This document shows positions 63,350 to 64,000 of a DNA stretch of 64,000 nucleotides, piece by piece. The translations under genes were made by a program, and so were the position numbers. The DNA comes from Deltaproteobacteria bacterium. Its GTDB lineage: Bacteria; JAGRBM01; JAHCIT01. Positions within the stretch are counted from its first letter, which is position 1. Each line of letters begins with the position of its first letter. The DNA is taken from the NCBI GenBank assembly GCA_026129095.1, contig JAHCIT010000006.1:128235-192234 (forward strand), read 5' to 3'. The notes beneath the pieces were generated by a model. It was not told the origin of the DNA. It was given only the letters and a program-made list of their open reading frames with translations, and searched no databases.

Positions 63350-64000
63350 CTATTTCAGCATTCCGGACCGGTTCAGGATATCGTCGAGGATTTTCTCCTG
63401 CTCCGGCGTGGCCGGGACCATCGGCAGGCGGTGCTCGTTCGACGCCAGCAGGCCCATCCGTTTCATCATGTATTTCATCGGGATCGGGTTCGTATCGAGG
63501 AATACGGCCTTGTTCAGATCAAACAGCTCGTAATGAATGCGGCGGGCCCCTTCCAGATCGCCCGCAAACACCCGGTTACAGAGCTCGGCCACCTGTCCCG
63601 GAGCGATATTCCCCACGGCATTCATCAGCCCCTGCGCCCCCACAGCCATCATCGGGAAACTGAGGCTCTCCAGCCCCACGAATACCCGGAAGTCCGGCCC
63701 CATTTTCACAAACAGTTCCGACACATATTCCAGATCATTCACGGCGTGCTTCATCCCCACCAGCGTCGGAACCTTCTCGGCAATGCGCGCAACCGTTTCC
63801 ACCGTGACGTTCACCACCGCCCGCCCGGGTATATGGTAAATCATGAGCGGCAGACCGGTTTCGCGTCCCAGTGCCGAATAATACTCAACCAGTCCGCGCT
63901 GTGGCGGCTTGATGTAATAGGGCGTCACGACAAGGAGCGCATCCGCGCCCAGCTTTTCGGCACGCTTCGTCAGTTCCAGGGTCGATGCCCACGACTCGCA
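63350..64000 (-). CDS. DapA/HpaI-family class I aldolase (5' part beyond the window)
   Basis: The frame stays open to the window edge: AEKLGADALLVVTPYY, IYHIPGR, GMKHA (Schiff-base Lys), TNPIPMK, RLPM. Confidence 0.88.
   Translation of the reverse strand, partial: CESWASTLELTKRAEKLGADALLVVTPYYIKPPQRGLVEYYSALGRETGLPLMIYHIPGRAVVNVTVETVARIAEKVPTLVGMKHAVNDLEYVSELFVKMGPDFRVFVGLESLSFPMMAVGAQGLMNAVGNIAPGQVAELCNRVFAGDLEGARRIHYELFDLNKAVFLDTNPIPMKYMMKRMGLLASNEHRLPMVPATPEQEKILDDILNRSGMLK

Overview
GC-rich bacterial chromosomal window. The gene complement looks deltaproteobacterial/Myxococcota-like, which is an inference from protein architectures only. There is no integrase, transposase, phage gene, rRNA or CRISPR array. 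1-44 kb is a mixed housekeeping and envelope region. It holds the alr-mlaE-mlaF-mlaD operon, a receiver/J-domain/TPR protein, a three-gene lipid-linked glycosylation locus (GT2, a methyltransferase fused to a GT-C-type membrane protein, and a second GT-C paralogue), lon, degP, a Zn-phospholipase C, aroQ and two c-di-GMP proteins. It also holds a divergent transketolase-like enzyme, a two-domain FKBP, an NTT-HEAT-cNMP transporter, two orphan MacB-type permeases behind a BtrH-like gene, pcm, a histone-H1-like protein and three tRNAs (Ala-GGC, Val-TAC, Asp-GTC). 44.3-60.4 kb is a compact catabolic cluster transcribed divergently from a very AT-rich, palindrome-containing spacer. It encodes a Cys-less thiolase-like protein with a DUF35 partner, three acyl-CoA dehydrogenases, a MaoC hydratase, a PECR/AtuB-like reductase, a CoA ligase, a hydrolase, a crotonase, ADH, ALDH, a luciferase-like monooxygenase, MarR and an ILVBL/HACL-like ThDP lyase. 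Together these suggest an uncharacterised alpha-oxidation/retro-aldol route for branched lipids. The most novel candidates are this cluster, the methyltransferase-GT-C glycosylation locus, and a phased CCACG repeat array with a sigma54-like promoter between two divergent small basic proteins. All calls come from reading motifs by eye; no database searches were run.
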